Positions 40,250 through 51,600 of a stretch of DNA of 64,000 nucleotides are shown in pieces. How positions within the stretch are numbered: position 1 is the stretch's first letter; every line of letters begins with the position of its first letter. The notes under the pieces were generated by a model. That model did no database searches and was not told the origin of the DNA. It saw nothing but the letters and a program-made list of their open reading frames with translations. The stretch is from Iphione sp. A-MEVVRFRX5. Taxonomy: Eukaryota. The stretch is from contig OZ320316.1 in the NCBI GenBank assembly GCA_976226885.1, positions 90,768,001 to 90,832,000 on the forward strand. Reading direction: 5' to 3'. The position numbers and the translations under genes are program-made.

Positions 40250-40800
40250 AGTCCCTAACAAGCCAATAATACATCGTCCACACATGGTGAGCTGACCCTA
40301 CATAAGGGTGACGTAAGCGCCGGACGCCTGCGAGCTTACCGCCAATTCGAACGCACGACGTCGCTGTTGGGTTGGAGCAACTCGCAGACAGCAGCTGCTA
40401 CTGCCACCACAGTCGCAGTCGCCACGGACTCCCCTACTGCTGTCCCGAACACTATCAGAAGCCATCGATGCACGGTTCGACTCGGTCTGCCAGTGCGCTT
40501 GCCGAACCTCCGAACATTCCCGAGAGTAGTTGTCACAGTGAGGATCTAGTCAGACAAGCTGTGCTGAACGTCGTGTTTCTTTTCGCCGCGCATAATGAAA
40601 GATCTACTCAGTCCTATTGACATATGGTTGACGGATCTTCTAGGAATACACCATTCTCCTGTTTGCAACTGCAAGGTGCTTGCCGCCATTCCATTTGGAA
40701 GAGCAAAGGACATAATCTCACTTAGTAGAAACAAGGGATTGTATTTATACCAATAAGGATTCTGTGTCCTACACAACGCCGTTTCAATTCGTCTGTAAGG
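40250..40800 (+). promoter_or_regulatory. Putative promoter and non-coding first exon of the GPCR gene
   Basis: GC/CpG-rich island in AT-rich DNA; CCAAT at 40263-40267; CRE-like TGACGTAA at 40309-40316; strong donor AAGG|GTAAGT at 40801; acceptor ttatattgCAG at 42531-42533, 35 nt before the Kozak ATG. This implies a 5'UTR intron at 40801-42533 (inference). Confidence 0.45.
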
Positions 40801-42568
40801 GTAAGTAAAACGTGTAGTATGGAACTATTAATGAATTATTTACAAGGACACACAACCTGCTTCCTCTTGTTCTTCCGTCATCGGACAGACCGTAACGCAG
40901 TGTTTTATAAACCATTAAGTGCCCATTCCAGGGTAATCTTCTTTGATCAAGGATACTTTTTAAGGCCGTCTCTGTATCATTGCCCAAGAGTGTGTCGAAG
41001 TTCAGATTAGTTATACTAGAACCTTCAATTATTTCATAACCTGTTGATGTTTCAGTACATTGTATATCTCATAAGGCGGTGAATTTTTTCAGGGCGAAGT
41101 CGTAAAGACAGCATACAGTTATTTTGAATTTAAATACAAGAAAAAGGATCGTACCAGTCTATTGCCCTTTAGTTGGATTTAGTTGAAGATCTGACTATTA
41201 AAAACAAAACCTCGCCATCTCTTTGACAACGGTTGCAACGTGTCTTGGTGTTCTTGCAACCCCAGCAACTGAAGCAACTGCTGTCACTCTGTAACCCAAT
41301 GTGTCCGTCGCATATTTATATAATGTATAACACATCTCTTTACGGCGAAGGTAAATACCATCATGCCGTTATTCCTTCACTCTGTTTTCTGTAACACTTG
41401 GACGAGCCATTGAGGAACGATCTCGGCACCGTAAAAGGTCACTTGCTTTCGGTGGATTCGCCTAACGGCTTGCGTACTGGTTGGCTGCAGGCCCTTGCTT
41501 GAGAAGTACATGAGAAAGTACCGTTGAGTCAGGCAAATTCAGCTCAAGACAATACCATGCGCCTCCCAAACCACTGTCTTTTCGTAATGGAAATACCTAT
41601 TCTCTGTACCCCTGTCTGATGCATACACCCATATAATCTTGTACAATATTCGTATGCAGTTCCACAAACCAAGACCAAGTCTTCCAGTTTTCTCAGAACA
41701 TTTCACAGCCTGTGTTATTTTGTTACATAAGCTTGCCAGGTGAACAGAGGAATATCCATCCTAACAAGAATAATACTTATGTTGTATTCAATGCGAAGGT
41801 TTAGTTCCATAACAAAACCTCTGTCAACATATACATGAATACACTTTACTACGAAGCATGCGATTCAACTTTAATTAATACGGTCCCTACATCTTTAGAA
41901 GAATAACTATTGACAGAAAGGTATTGCCCCTGCAACTGGCATTAAAACACTGTACAATATACATGTACAAGTGCTGGTATTCGCGAACCACTTTGCTGCT
42001 AAGAACGTGGCACAAAATTTGTATGGTATGCTTACATTGAAAATGTAAACGGGGTTTGTTCTCTGCGTAAATAATTTATCAAATGTATTCCAAGCACGGA
42101 GTCATCCGCATGGTATGTTCCAGACAGTATGTCCTACTGGAGAGGCGTTCAATTTCATAAGCAACTGGTATAAGACCGTGCCATTGGCCTATACCTTGTG
42201 ATGTGCTCGTTCATTCTTTTACAAACTAGCTAGCTTTCTGTCGTTAGACTAAATGTGAATTATAAAATATGTACGTGTAAATATAATCAACTCTTGGTCC
42301 ACTTTGTAAAGCAATTCATAATTATAGATGTTTTATATATATATTGGAGAAAACAAGAAACAATGTTGAGATGTTTTAGGGGCCGCTTATCAAATGGATT
42401 TTTTTTGCAAAACGTACAATACCAAACTTTATAGATATGATATCCATGCGGCTTTGTCTAATCCTCAGCATAAAAACGCACAGCGATGATCCTCTTATAA
42501 TCCAGTTCCTATTTATACTTGATTATATTGCAGTCTCTCCGTCGGGACAAGGAGGGAACACCGCCACC

Positions 42569-43642
42569 ATGTCGCACTGCCAGAATCAAAGCTATGTCAA
42601 CCAGTCGGATCGGTTTAACGTAACATCAAGCTGCGCCCTCTTTGACTTCACTATATACACCGTCGTATCTGGGACGCTCTGCCTGCTGGGCCTTGCGGGC
42701 AACATTGTTTCGTTCACGGTGCTGTTCCATGACTCGAACAAGTCTGCCACGGCGCTCCTGCTGCGCGCCATGGCCGTCGCCGACTCCATGGTTCTACTGG
42801 TCGCCATTCCTTTATACTGCCTATCTCCTATTTATCCATATACAGGCTACCTACAGAACTTTTTCGACCTTCACATGGGCATTCTCGCATACCTCTGGCC
42901 ACTCTACTTGATACCATACACCGGTACCATCATGCTCACTGTACTCGTATCCGTCAACCGCTATATCGCCGTCTGCAAACCATTCCGGTCATCGTCTTTC
43001 TGTAGCATGGCGGCGGCTAAGAAGCAAATCATATACATTGCTATATTCTCCATAGTATATAACATTCCCCGGTTCTTCGAGTATGAAAAAGTAACCATTT
43101 GCATCGGGGTGAACGAAACCAAGGACGGCTTCGAAATAAGTGCCTTCGGTGACAATCGATACTATCGGATAATTTATGCAAATATTCTCTATTTCCTCGT
43201 GATGCATGGTGGGCCCCTGTTGTCTTTGGCTTTTCTTAACATGAAGCTCATTCGGGCATTGAAGAAACGCCAGAAGAAACGTGCACAGATGGGAAGAGGC
43301 GATTACCAGCAGGACGTGACGCTCGTCCTCGTGGTCGTTATCTTCGTTTTCATGAGCTGTCAGACCCCAACGTTCATTGACCACATCTTATGGACGGCTG
43401 TGGATCAGTCGGCACGTAACTGTGGCCATTGGCACTACTACTATACGGCAGTGGGTGACATGCTAGCAATTACTAATTCATCTGTCAACTTCCTCATCTA
43501 CATCTCCACCAATAGAAAGTTCCGACAGTTGCTCATGGCCTCCTGCACCACCAACGGTGATTTCCAGAGCATTCAGCAGGAGCGGGTGGAGATGACAACA
43601 GCGCCCACCAAGAACACAAATGCGGCGCCCAACCATTTGTGA
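42569..43642 (+). CDS. Rhodopsin-family (class A) neuropeptide GPCR, FMRFamide/sex-peptide-receptor-like, 357 aa, single coding exon
   Basis: Strong Kozak GCCACCATG at 42563-42571. N-terminal NQS/NQS/NVT sequons. Seven hydrophobic segments with GLAGN (TM1), LAVADS-like MAVADS (TM2), VSVNRYIAVCKPF (TM3 end), YNIPRFFEY (TM4), CQTP (TM6), NSSVNFLIY (TM7). YNIPRFFE and NSSVNFLIY are typical of the FMRFamide-receptor-like group. Confidence 0.93.
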   Translation: MSHCQNQSYVNQSDRFNVTSSCALFDFTIYTVVSGTLCLLGLAGNIVSFTVLFHDSNKSATALLLRAMAVADSMVLLVAIPLYCLSPIYPYTGYLQNFFDLHMGILAYLWPLYLIPYTGTIMLTVLVSVNRYIAVCKPFRSSSFCSMAAAKKQIIYIAIFSIVYNIPRFFEYEKVTICIGVNETKDGFEISAFGDNRYYRIIYANILYFLVMHGGPLLSLAFLNMKLIRALKKRQKKRAQMGRGDYQQDVTLVLVVVIFVFMSCQTPTFIDHILWTAVDQSARNCGHWHYYYTAVGDMLAITNSSVNFLIYISTNRKFRQLLMASCTTNGDFQSIQQERVEMTTAPTKNTNAAPNHL

Positions 43643-43981
43643 TATACGCCTAAATTGTGCTGCGCCACATTTACAGGCAGAAAGGCCAGCTCATGTGAGG
43701 TGCCAGCGGATTGTGGTGATGGCGGTCCTAGTCAGCGTTATGAGCTCGCAGAAAGACGCTTGTTAAGTGACCGTGCCGATGTGCTGCTTCCGCCTGCCGA
43801 TGCGCCAATCACCGGCAATATGCTGACAAAGAGCACGGACAGATTTGACACATTGCCCAGTGCTCCCTTGGGTCTTTTAAGCGGCAAAGGCGTCGTCGAT
43901 CTGAATGGGGATATGCCCGTGGACAAAAGCGACGCCCGAGACAATGAGAGCAGCAACATCATCAGTGATACAAATACTTGA
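43643..43981 (+). CDS. Candidate in-frame C-terminal extension (112 aa) of the GPCR beyond its UGA stop
   Basis: Same frame as the GPCR (42569, 43643 and 43655 are congruent mod 3); no stop until TGA 43979-43981; GC-rich, coding-like codons; S/T/D/P-rich tail-like sequence YTPKLCCATFTGRK...SNIISDTNT. Confidence 0.5.
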   Translation, partial: YTPKLCCATFTGRKASSCEVPADCGDGGPSQRYELAERRLLSDRADVLLPPADAPITGNMLTKSTDRFDTLPSAPLGLLSGKGVVDLNGDMPVDKSDARDNESSNIISDTNT

Positions 43982-46900
43982 ACTGTCAGTTTCCCGTCGG
44001 GTCTGTACAAAATTACATTTGACTTCACACGCGGTTCTATAAACATAAAAGCCGGATGACGATGCTGCCACGCCATTTGTCTATTTTTTTCCCTTGCCAC
44101 TCGAAATCAAAGGGTATGTGGGGAAGTGCCGAATCTCATCTACCCTTTCTTTCTTGGCATGCTTTTCGTGAACCTTTTGTTGTGTTGCGGTTTTTGAAGA
44201 AGGTGATGGACAGCCTTGAAATCCGGCGTAGAACTGGTGTTATCAGGGACATGCATTATATATGTTTTGTCTCTGATGTTCCTTGCAAAATTATATAATG
44301 TTGACGTTAATAGTAATGTTCTGATCATAACGTCTAGACTGAGGCCTTCCGTGATTGGTTTTTCGGGATGTGAACATGATTAAAGTCAAGAAAATGATTG
44401 GAAGTTTGACGTCTGTACATACAAATTAAACGGGAAATATATGTGAGGGGATGTGTATCTATAAAAGGGTTCTGTATTGTTATATGTTGCCGATGACATA
44501 ATCCTGTGAGTTGAAAACATGGGGGATAATGTGATTCATTGATATCTTTTATTTTAGTGACCAAAGGGGATTTTGATGTAACATATGCTCGCAAAAGATA
44601 GAGAACATGAAGAATTGTCATGCCAGCACCTCCCGTCATTACACGTTCTCTAATGGAACAAATCCTTTCGCTTGCTTGATACCTACGTCCAATCCCTGAA
44701 ATGTTTACCCGTGAAGCAAGATCAAGAAGTTTCGGTGACGCTGAAAAAAAACACCTGGCATGTTTACCTTTCATATTGCCAGCGCACCAACATAACGTTC
44801 TCGAGAGTATGTATGCATGTACTCTCTTCCATCTTAACGACTAGCTGATTGTACATATGGGGATGTATAACGTTGTTGTAGCCTAATATGTTATGAATAG
44901 GTGATAGATTTCAACATTCAAGTCATACTGGGAGCCAACTACATGAGACCTAGTATTCTGTGTACCACGGATAAGTTAAACTATTTCATCGTACTGAAAA
45001 TGTCTCGATTAAGAAATTATACATGATGTCTACCAATGGAAAGATTGAATGAGGCAGGCTATAGCGACGTCTGCCAGCCATATTTCTCGATACTTTGGGT
45101 GAGATAGCAGATCTATATTGAAATGTCGGAGAGAGAGAGAGTTGTAGGGATGTTTTTCATAGGAATTGTATGTTCTAATATCTTCGAGTAATTATTACCA
45201 CACCCATATCAGGGCATGATCTTGATGAAGAATTATTCTTTACTCCCTACAAAAGCTAATTTGTTCCACATATGTACATAGATTTACATATAGAAATGCC
45301 AATTATAGGGTGAATACATTGAGAATAAATTGGATGTTATTTGGTACTTAAAATTCTTATAGAAAACGGAATTTATATTTAAATTTATATTTAAAGCGTT
45401 TCGTCAATTACTGGTTTCTTATATTTAAATATTGTGTATAATTGTTTTCCTTGAGCATTGGTGCCTTGATGTCATGAATATTATTAATAATCTCATGCTA
45501 TGATACAGACGTGTGTATCAGACATGAAGGGATAAACCAGATAAAGTGTTCTCAGTGGTTATATAATTATATGATTTAGGAGTCACAACTAAAGAGAAAT
45601 CTGATCGGTGTTGGCTGCACCATGTTTACGGTTTGTGCGTAGCTATCGTCGGCATGGTATATGGTGCCACTTGTTGTGTCATATCAAGAGGAACAGAAGG
45701 TTGTAGCGTATTTGTCGATTTCTTTCATGACAGTCTAAAGAAATAAAAGTGTGAACATATTTGATGAGCGATATCTTTCAGGTCACAATTATCCCCGAAT
45801 GAAATATTTAGCTTATGGAATATCTTGACAAAAGCACGTGTGTGGAAACAATAAATAACAATAGTAATAGTTAAAAAATAAATCTACTTTAATTCTACTT
45901 CTGAAAATTTCGTCCGCTCGTATGTCCAATTGACGCGACAGGAATTTTCCGAAATTATTGGCCTCCCCTTCAGGAAGAGTAATATATTTTGAATATGTTT
46001 AATGTTTTTGATCGGTCTCCCGCAGGTTTTTCCAATGAGTAATTCAGGTGTTTGCAGTGTGTCATTCGCTATATTCCCTTTGGGGGTAATGTTTCCTCGC
46101 CATGGATATTATGATAGCTAACTTTGAATTTAAGCATTTAAATAACCTTTGTATTATAATTCCTGTTATCATCAGCCTTCCCCTATCATGTATTACCATT
46201 TTGTTTCTTTCCAATTTTAAAATTTAGTGTGTTGATACGTTCGCGTACCTTCTCTCTTTAAACATGTACACCAAGGACCATGGAAGGACTTGCTGCATGA
46301 AGTGATCACATAAACAAATGAGTCGAAGCCTGCACAATCTTTACGTCTGAGTGCCGAAAGGAATGCCACCAGAAAAAGAAAATCTGAGACAACATAACAG
46401 AAAAAGTATACCTCTGGTAAAGAAGTATATGTGTTTCGTAATAATATTCCATCGTTGGAAACTATCAGAGGACTCCATTGCAGCAATTAATATAATAGTT
46501 TTTGTTTTTTGTCTGATTTTACTAATAAGGCACCTGTCTTTGCAATAGAGCATGCCAGCATTTGTTCTGTTTCTTTTATGATTCTTTATTAAAAAGGATG
46601 AAAATGTGGCCATAGGCCATAGATTCTATCCAGGATGTCAGCTTCATTATAAAGGAGGTTTTCCTCCGAGGCTTCCTTGATAGACGATTAGGCGTCATTT
46701 CCATGTGTGTATGTTTGTACATGTGTGTAGTATGTATTAGTCTTGTGAAGCACTATAAAAAGGTTCACAATGTGCTCACTGCCAAAATCAGTCAAATAGA
46801 AAGGGAAACTGTGTTGACCCCTGTATCATCCCAGTAAATTCCAATTTCCATTGAAACTATGCCTAGAGATGCATACAAAGCAGTGATAATTAGGAAAATT

Positions 46901-48146
46901 TGAAAACATCCTATATGCAGACCTGCTACTCAGTACACGCTACATACACATGGTGATACACCTTGGTATAAGCAGAGTACCAAAAATACATGCTGAAAAC
47001 ATGACAACATAGCTGCAAAACATGCACGTTTGGAAATTAGGCCTTACCTGTAATTACTCTCTGTAATGATTTTCTCTGGCTTTATATTATTCTAATGGCC
47101 TTGTTGGCTTAGCACTCCATACACCTTACATAATGCAACGCAACTTGAGCAAAAAATTAGCACGAGAACTGAGTAAGACGGATACCAATACATGCCGTAT
47201 TGTGCTCTAGTACAGGCGCATTGTCCTTCAATGGTTACCACTCTTGTGTGTTGATAACTAGTCGTTGGCACCTACTTTCTTTGTTTTGCATTGAATGCAC
47301 TCTTCAGCATGATTTTATAGATATTGAACACTTAGGTTGTGGTATGGTGTGAAGCAAAATGTTTTTGGGTTTACCGGGTACTGGCATTAATATATGACGA
47401 GTTTGAATTCTTTCCTATGCGATCTCTGCTAATATTTGGCGACACAAGCCTACGCATGTTTACACAAACGAATATACGTACATGTATGCACACGAACACA
47501 CGTATATACTTCCGAATGAGGGTTGGCTGTCCAACGCAAAGCGGCGGAGAGTGTTGCCACACCTTGATTCCCACTGCCTAATGGTTGGCAGTGTCTTATC
47601 CTTTTCGACACGACCACAAACCACCTCTTTCCCACCAGAGGCTGTTAGGTGGTGTTCCCTGCCCTTTGGTGCGGTCCCAACGCACCTGTTTCCTCTCTAA
47701 GCCGTCCGGATATATATCTGCTCTCCTGAAGCACTGTCCTGACACACCTGTTCTTAGCCGGAAGGCAGGTGGCAATGTCATGCATAGTTTGGACAGCATC
47801 TCATCACCTTGAAAGAGCATCGCGTTGTAATACCAGTCATTTCCTTCCCTTGGAAGACACCCATTACAAAAGATCATCGGTTTACTCTGTTGCACACTAT
47901 GTAAGAGTCCCCTGCGGAGGTTTGAAAGGCGATAGCTATATTGGATTGACGTTCCCAGTACAGTTTCATTATTGTGTATCGCGTATCGTTAGTTGGTAAA
48001 TAATTGTCTATTTGGTAAGAAAAGGCACAACAAGGAGAAAAAATTTGCTTAACATCTTTTAATTGAGTATTTTGCTGGTACAGTTTATCCCTTTGTTAAA
48101 AGGCCTATCTTTCTACTAGCAGTTTGATCATACGGATGTTGAACTA

Positions 48147-48218
48147 TTTATTCATATGCTTTTGTTCAATATAACATGTGGTGGTTATCTTAAATGTGAT
48201 GGTAGATTTGCATTTATT
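48147..48218 (-). promoter_or_regulatory. Candidate polyadenylation signals (AATAAA x2) of the apolipophorin-like gene
   Basis: tttatt on + strand at 48213-48218 and 48147-48152, about 110 and 180 nt after the stop codon. Confidence 0.5.
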
Positions 48219-48328
48219 TCGTTCTCAATATCACAACTGGTGTTGATGATACTTGTGACTCTTGGTCTTATGTTATCTCTTGATGTTATGTTTTGAGTAC
48301 ATGGCTGTCTTCTACACTATATCTACAA

Positions 48329-48679
48329 TTACTGTTCCATGTACTCTTGGAGGTCTGTCATAAATTCGTCGTTGTTGTCCTGTCGTTGGCACTGAGTTGG
48401 GAGTGTCACATCCACTTCACTACGGCGACACTCGGCGACGTATAAGGCACCAGCATTGCAACTAGCACCCTCAGGCTGGCTGACTTGGTTGGCACAGATG
48501 GCCTTGAATGGCTCGGGGTTCACGATACGGTAGCACGGACGAAGAGTCGATTCTCTGCTGAAGAGTCGCGTGCATTCTTGTCTGGCGGCGTCCGTTGCAG
48601 ATGTGCGCGCCATGTTTCGGCTTCGGGCGCAGCGGCGGCCCACGGCCCATGAAGAGGCAAACTGTGAGATGCTGGTGAC
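48329..48679 (-). CDS. Terminal coding exon with C8-like cysteine-rich domain
   Basis: VTSISQFASSWAVGRRC...CTRLFSRESTLRPCYRIVNPEPFKAIC...CNAGALYVAECR...QC...EQ*; a C8-type Cys pattern following the VWD domain. Confidence 0.82.
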   Translation of the reverse strand, partial: VTSISQFASSWAVGRRCARSRNMARTSATDAARQECTRLFSRESTLRPCYRIVNPEPFKAICANQVSQPEGASCNAGALYVAECRRSEVDVTLPTQCQRQDNNDEFMTDLQEYMEQ

Positions 48680-51600
48680 CTACAGGAAGGCAATCATTCA
48701 TTCTTGTATTCATCATTAATGAAATGAAAGCATCGACCCGTCATCCTATACATATTGCAGAAAAGGGAACCCATTTTTCATCAGTACCGAGGGGTAATGT
48801 GGGAAAAGATCCTTCCCTCTGTTCAGGCATAGAAAAATAACGTTACAGGCAGGCAGGCATTGACTCAAAATAATTCAACTTTCCGCGAAATATGTGCCAG
48901 GCCACTAGTCTTACCTTGTTGCCCTCAGCTGTGGTGAGATCGTCAGCCTGTTCATTATTGTATGTGCCGAAAAGTCCCGCCAACTTGCCGAAATACCAAC
49001 CAGCAACGTTCAACGTGCATGAATCGTATGCCAGGTCGCACTCAACCGTGAAGCCCTTCTTATCTGTTACTGTCAGGATATCCTCGTTCACACTGACAGT
49101 TGTGGTGGCCCACTGGGAAGGCAGTTCCGCATTCTGGCCGTCGATTGTCACCTGAAAAATACAATTTACTGATAGTAAGCACAGTTAAGTAAACAACAGA
49201 ATTACCCTTGAAAAGACAGCAACGCGTAGCGAAATTCATTTGGGCAAGATTGCTCGTTTAAAGTGGTCTTAATTCTATCTACTTTCACGAGAAGAGAGAA
49301 AAAGACATACACGTCCATCGGTGAAGATCTCAATCTCCTTGCCGGCTGAGGCAACGATTACAGAGCGCTTGCTGACACCACTGCTGAGGCCGTCGTAGTT
49401 GACGGTCATGGAGAAATTGCCATCCACGAAGTCCCTGGCCAGCAGGTAACTGCATGGGGAGGCAAAGTCGTAGTGCTTGCCGTCAAAGGTAATGTAGTGC
49501 TGGCGGCCCGCTAATGTGGCGTGGGCTGTAACAAATGAAGAATAATGAGAAGGTCATTCTTAGCCTATGATGTTCGGACTATCGTCAAGCAGGTGACACA
49601 ATTTGGTTAACTGGCATTGTTTGATTTTCTCTGCTTCCCCCTTTAGTGTCTAACCACGTTTTTATATGCAGGTAATACTACATGATACTTGCCCTTGAAT
49701 GGTGGTAGCCATTCGGAAATATCTGAGCTGGGTTTGAACTTGTAGTATGTATCCCAGACGCTGTAGTCCATGTCAGGGAGAAGAGCGGTTACAGCCCGCG
49801 TCGCGCGCTGATAGGTAGCGGTCATATCGACGAAGGAGACGGTCTGCAGGCGTGGAACTTCCATGGGGATGTGAGCCTGGACCTCCAGGTGTCCGCTGGC
49901 CGGGCTCCATTCAATGATACGGTTTTCCTCCAAATGCAGGTACTCATCGAGGAGGTAGTAGGAATTGCGTTTGACGAAGTTCACTGCCCCGAGTACCACG
50001 TCCCGGACGAAGGCCTTCGTTCTGCTTGGCACATCCAACTGTACGAACGCGGCGCTCATCTGAAGACGAGAATGACAGGTTATGCAGGAATCTTATATAA
50101 CGTTTCTGTCGTATTAAAGTGGGTGGCCGACTCCATCACTAAAAACTTTTACCAGATAGCTTACATAACTCCATAAACATAGACATTTCCGTAGAAAACT
50201 TTAGGTTATTGATCATAGAACCCCTCGAATATTCAACAGAAATTTCTGACATTTTCGTCGGATTTTCGTTTATCACTTCCTATCCGTTGCATCTTTAGAC
50301 TTATGTCAGAAGAAACAAGGTTACATGGGCGTATGAATAACAGGGCATTTAATGTACTGCATAGTTTTGCAGGAAACCAAAAGAAGATAGCACTCAGTGT
50401 ACTGGATGTACCTCATTGTAAGCCCTTTCCATCAGCTGTCTGACGCGTTCGCTGTTTTCGTGTCTGATGGCAGCCTCGATGTATTCTCTGCAAACCGTCT
50501 GAGTGCGGCTGAGGTACTGTGCCGCCGTCTGCAGGAAGTTGCTGGCAAGTCTGTCCAGGAACTCCACCATTGTTTCCAAGTGCGACCGCACCACTTCGTG
50601 GGCGTGATTGATGGCAGCGACGTTTATCCTGCTCAGCTTTTCGGCAGCCGATACCATGAACTCATTTGCTTTGGTTATGAAAGTATTGTACCACGCTAGC
50701 ACCTGCTGAACGCGTGGGTTTGACATTAGAGTGGCGATGACGTCTGAAACGGAAAATAGGCTTCACATAGAACAAGATGTTCTAACAGAATGTTTTATTT
50801 TGCATGGAAAGAAAGTCCTTTATACCAGCTTTAACCGTTGCTGACGAGGTTGTTGCGTTAACTAAGTAAACCCTACGCTGGTGATAAAAGGATATTTAGG
50901 GCCTTCGATTGTGAATGGTCCCCGGCTCTTTCTAGCTGATTTCTGTAAACTGTTACATATTGAATGTAAGAAATGTAATTTGATGTTATCACTGGCACTC
51001 ATGTGCCTGCCGTACTTTATATGTTGAGTAGTTAGCGTAAGAGCTTTATAATTTCATGTGTATAGATATTTGATTCTTTCCACGTGTAGTTGATGTAAGA
51101 TTTCATTCAAGGATCAATCGAAACTGTATAAATTGACGATTTCATTTTAATCTGCTTATTTACAGCGGAGCTTTAAACACATATGCAGTATGTTTTGTCT
51201 TTTCAAATAGCACCTCTGATGTGAAGGGTAAGGTAACATTTAACCTGCGTGGTTAATAAGGCGCTTACACAGGGATCATTATTGAATGTTTGTACTCTTA
51301 CCATCAATATATTCCTGCACCATGACGGTGGCTGATGACACAATATCCCAGGCACGTGTAGCGAGAAGTGAGGCTTTGTGCAGGGCAATCTCGACATATT
51401 TCTGTTTAAATGTAACACATGCGTTCTATGAACCAACAAAAAACGATGAGGGCTCGTAAGATGGATGTACATGTACATGTATGTAATAAGTTACTTTATC
51501 TCCTTTATTGAATTAGCAGTGGGTTGATATAGAACTGACTTTCATATAATCTGCTGATCTAGACAAATCACAAAGGATGGCCATGTTTAAGAATCGTGGA

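Noticed and set aside
42437-42568. N-terminal 44 aa of the 401-aa GPCR ORF in the ORF track
   Set aside because: Lies in AT-rich sequence upstream of a splice acceptor (42531-42533); the ATG at 42569 has a perfect Kozak context and is followed by N-glycosylation sequons, so the extension is probably intronic.
43640-43642. UGA as selenocysteine in the GPCR
   Set aside because: No convincing SECIS (AUGA...AAR...GA kink-turn stem) recognised downstream, and the position in a disordered tail is atypical.
43738-44100. 120-aa hydrophobic minus-strand ORF overlapping the GPCR 3' region
   Set aside because: Best explained as the antisense shadow of the plus-strand in-frame extension; no recognisable domain.
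44334-44774. 146-aa minus-strand ORF
   Set aside because: No homologous motifs or coding bias; probably antisense to the GPCR 3'UTR.
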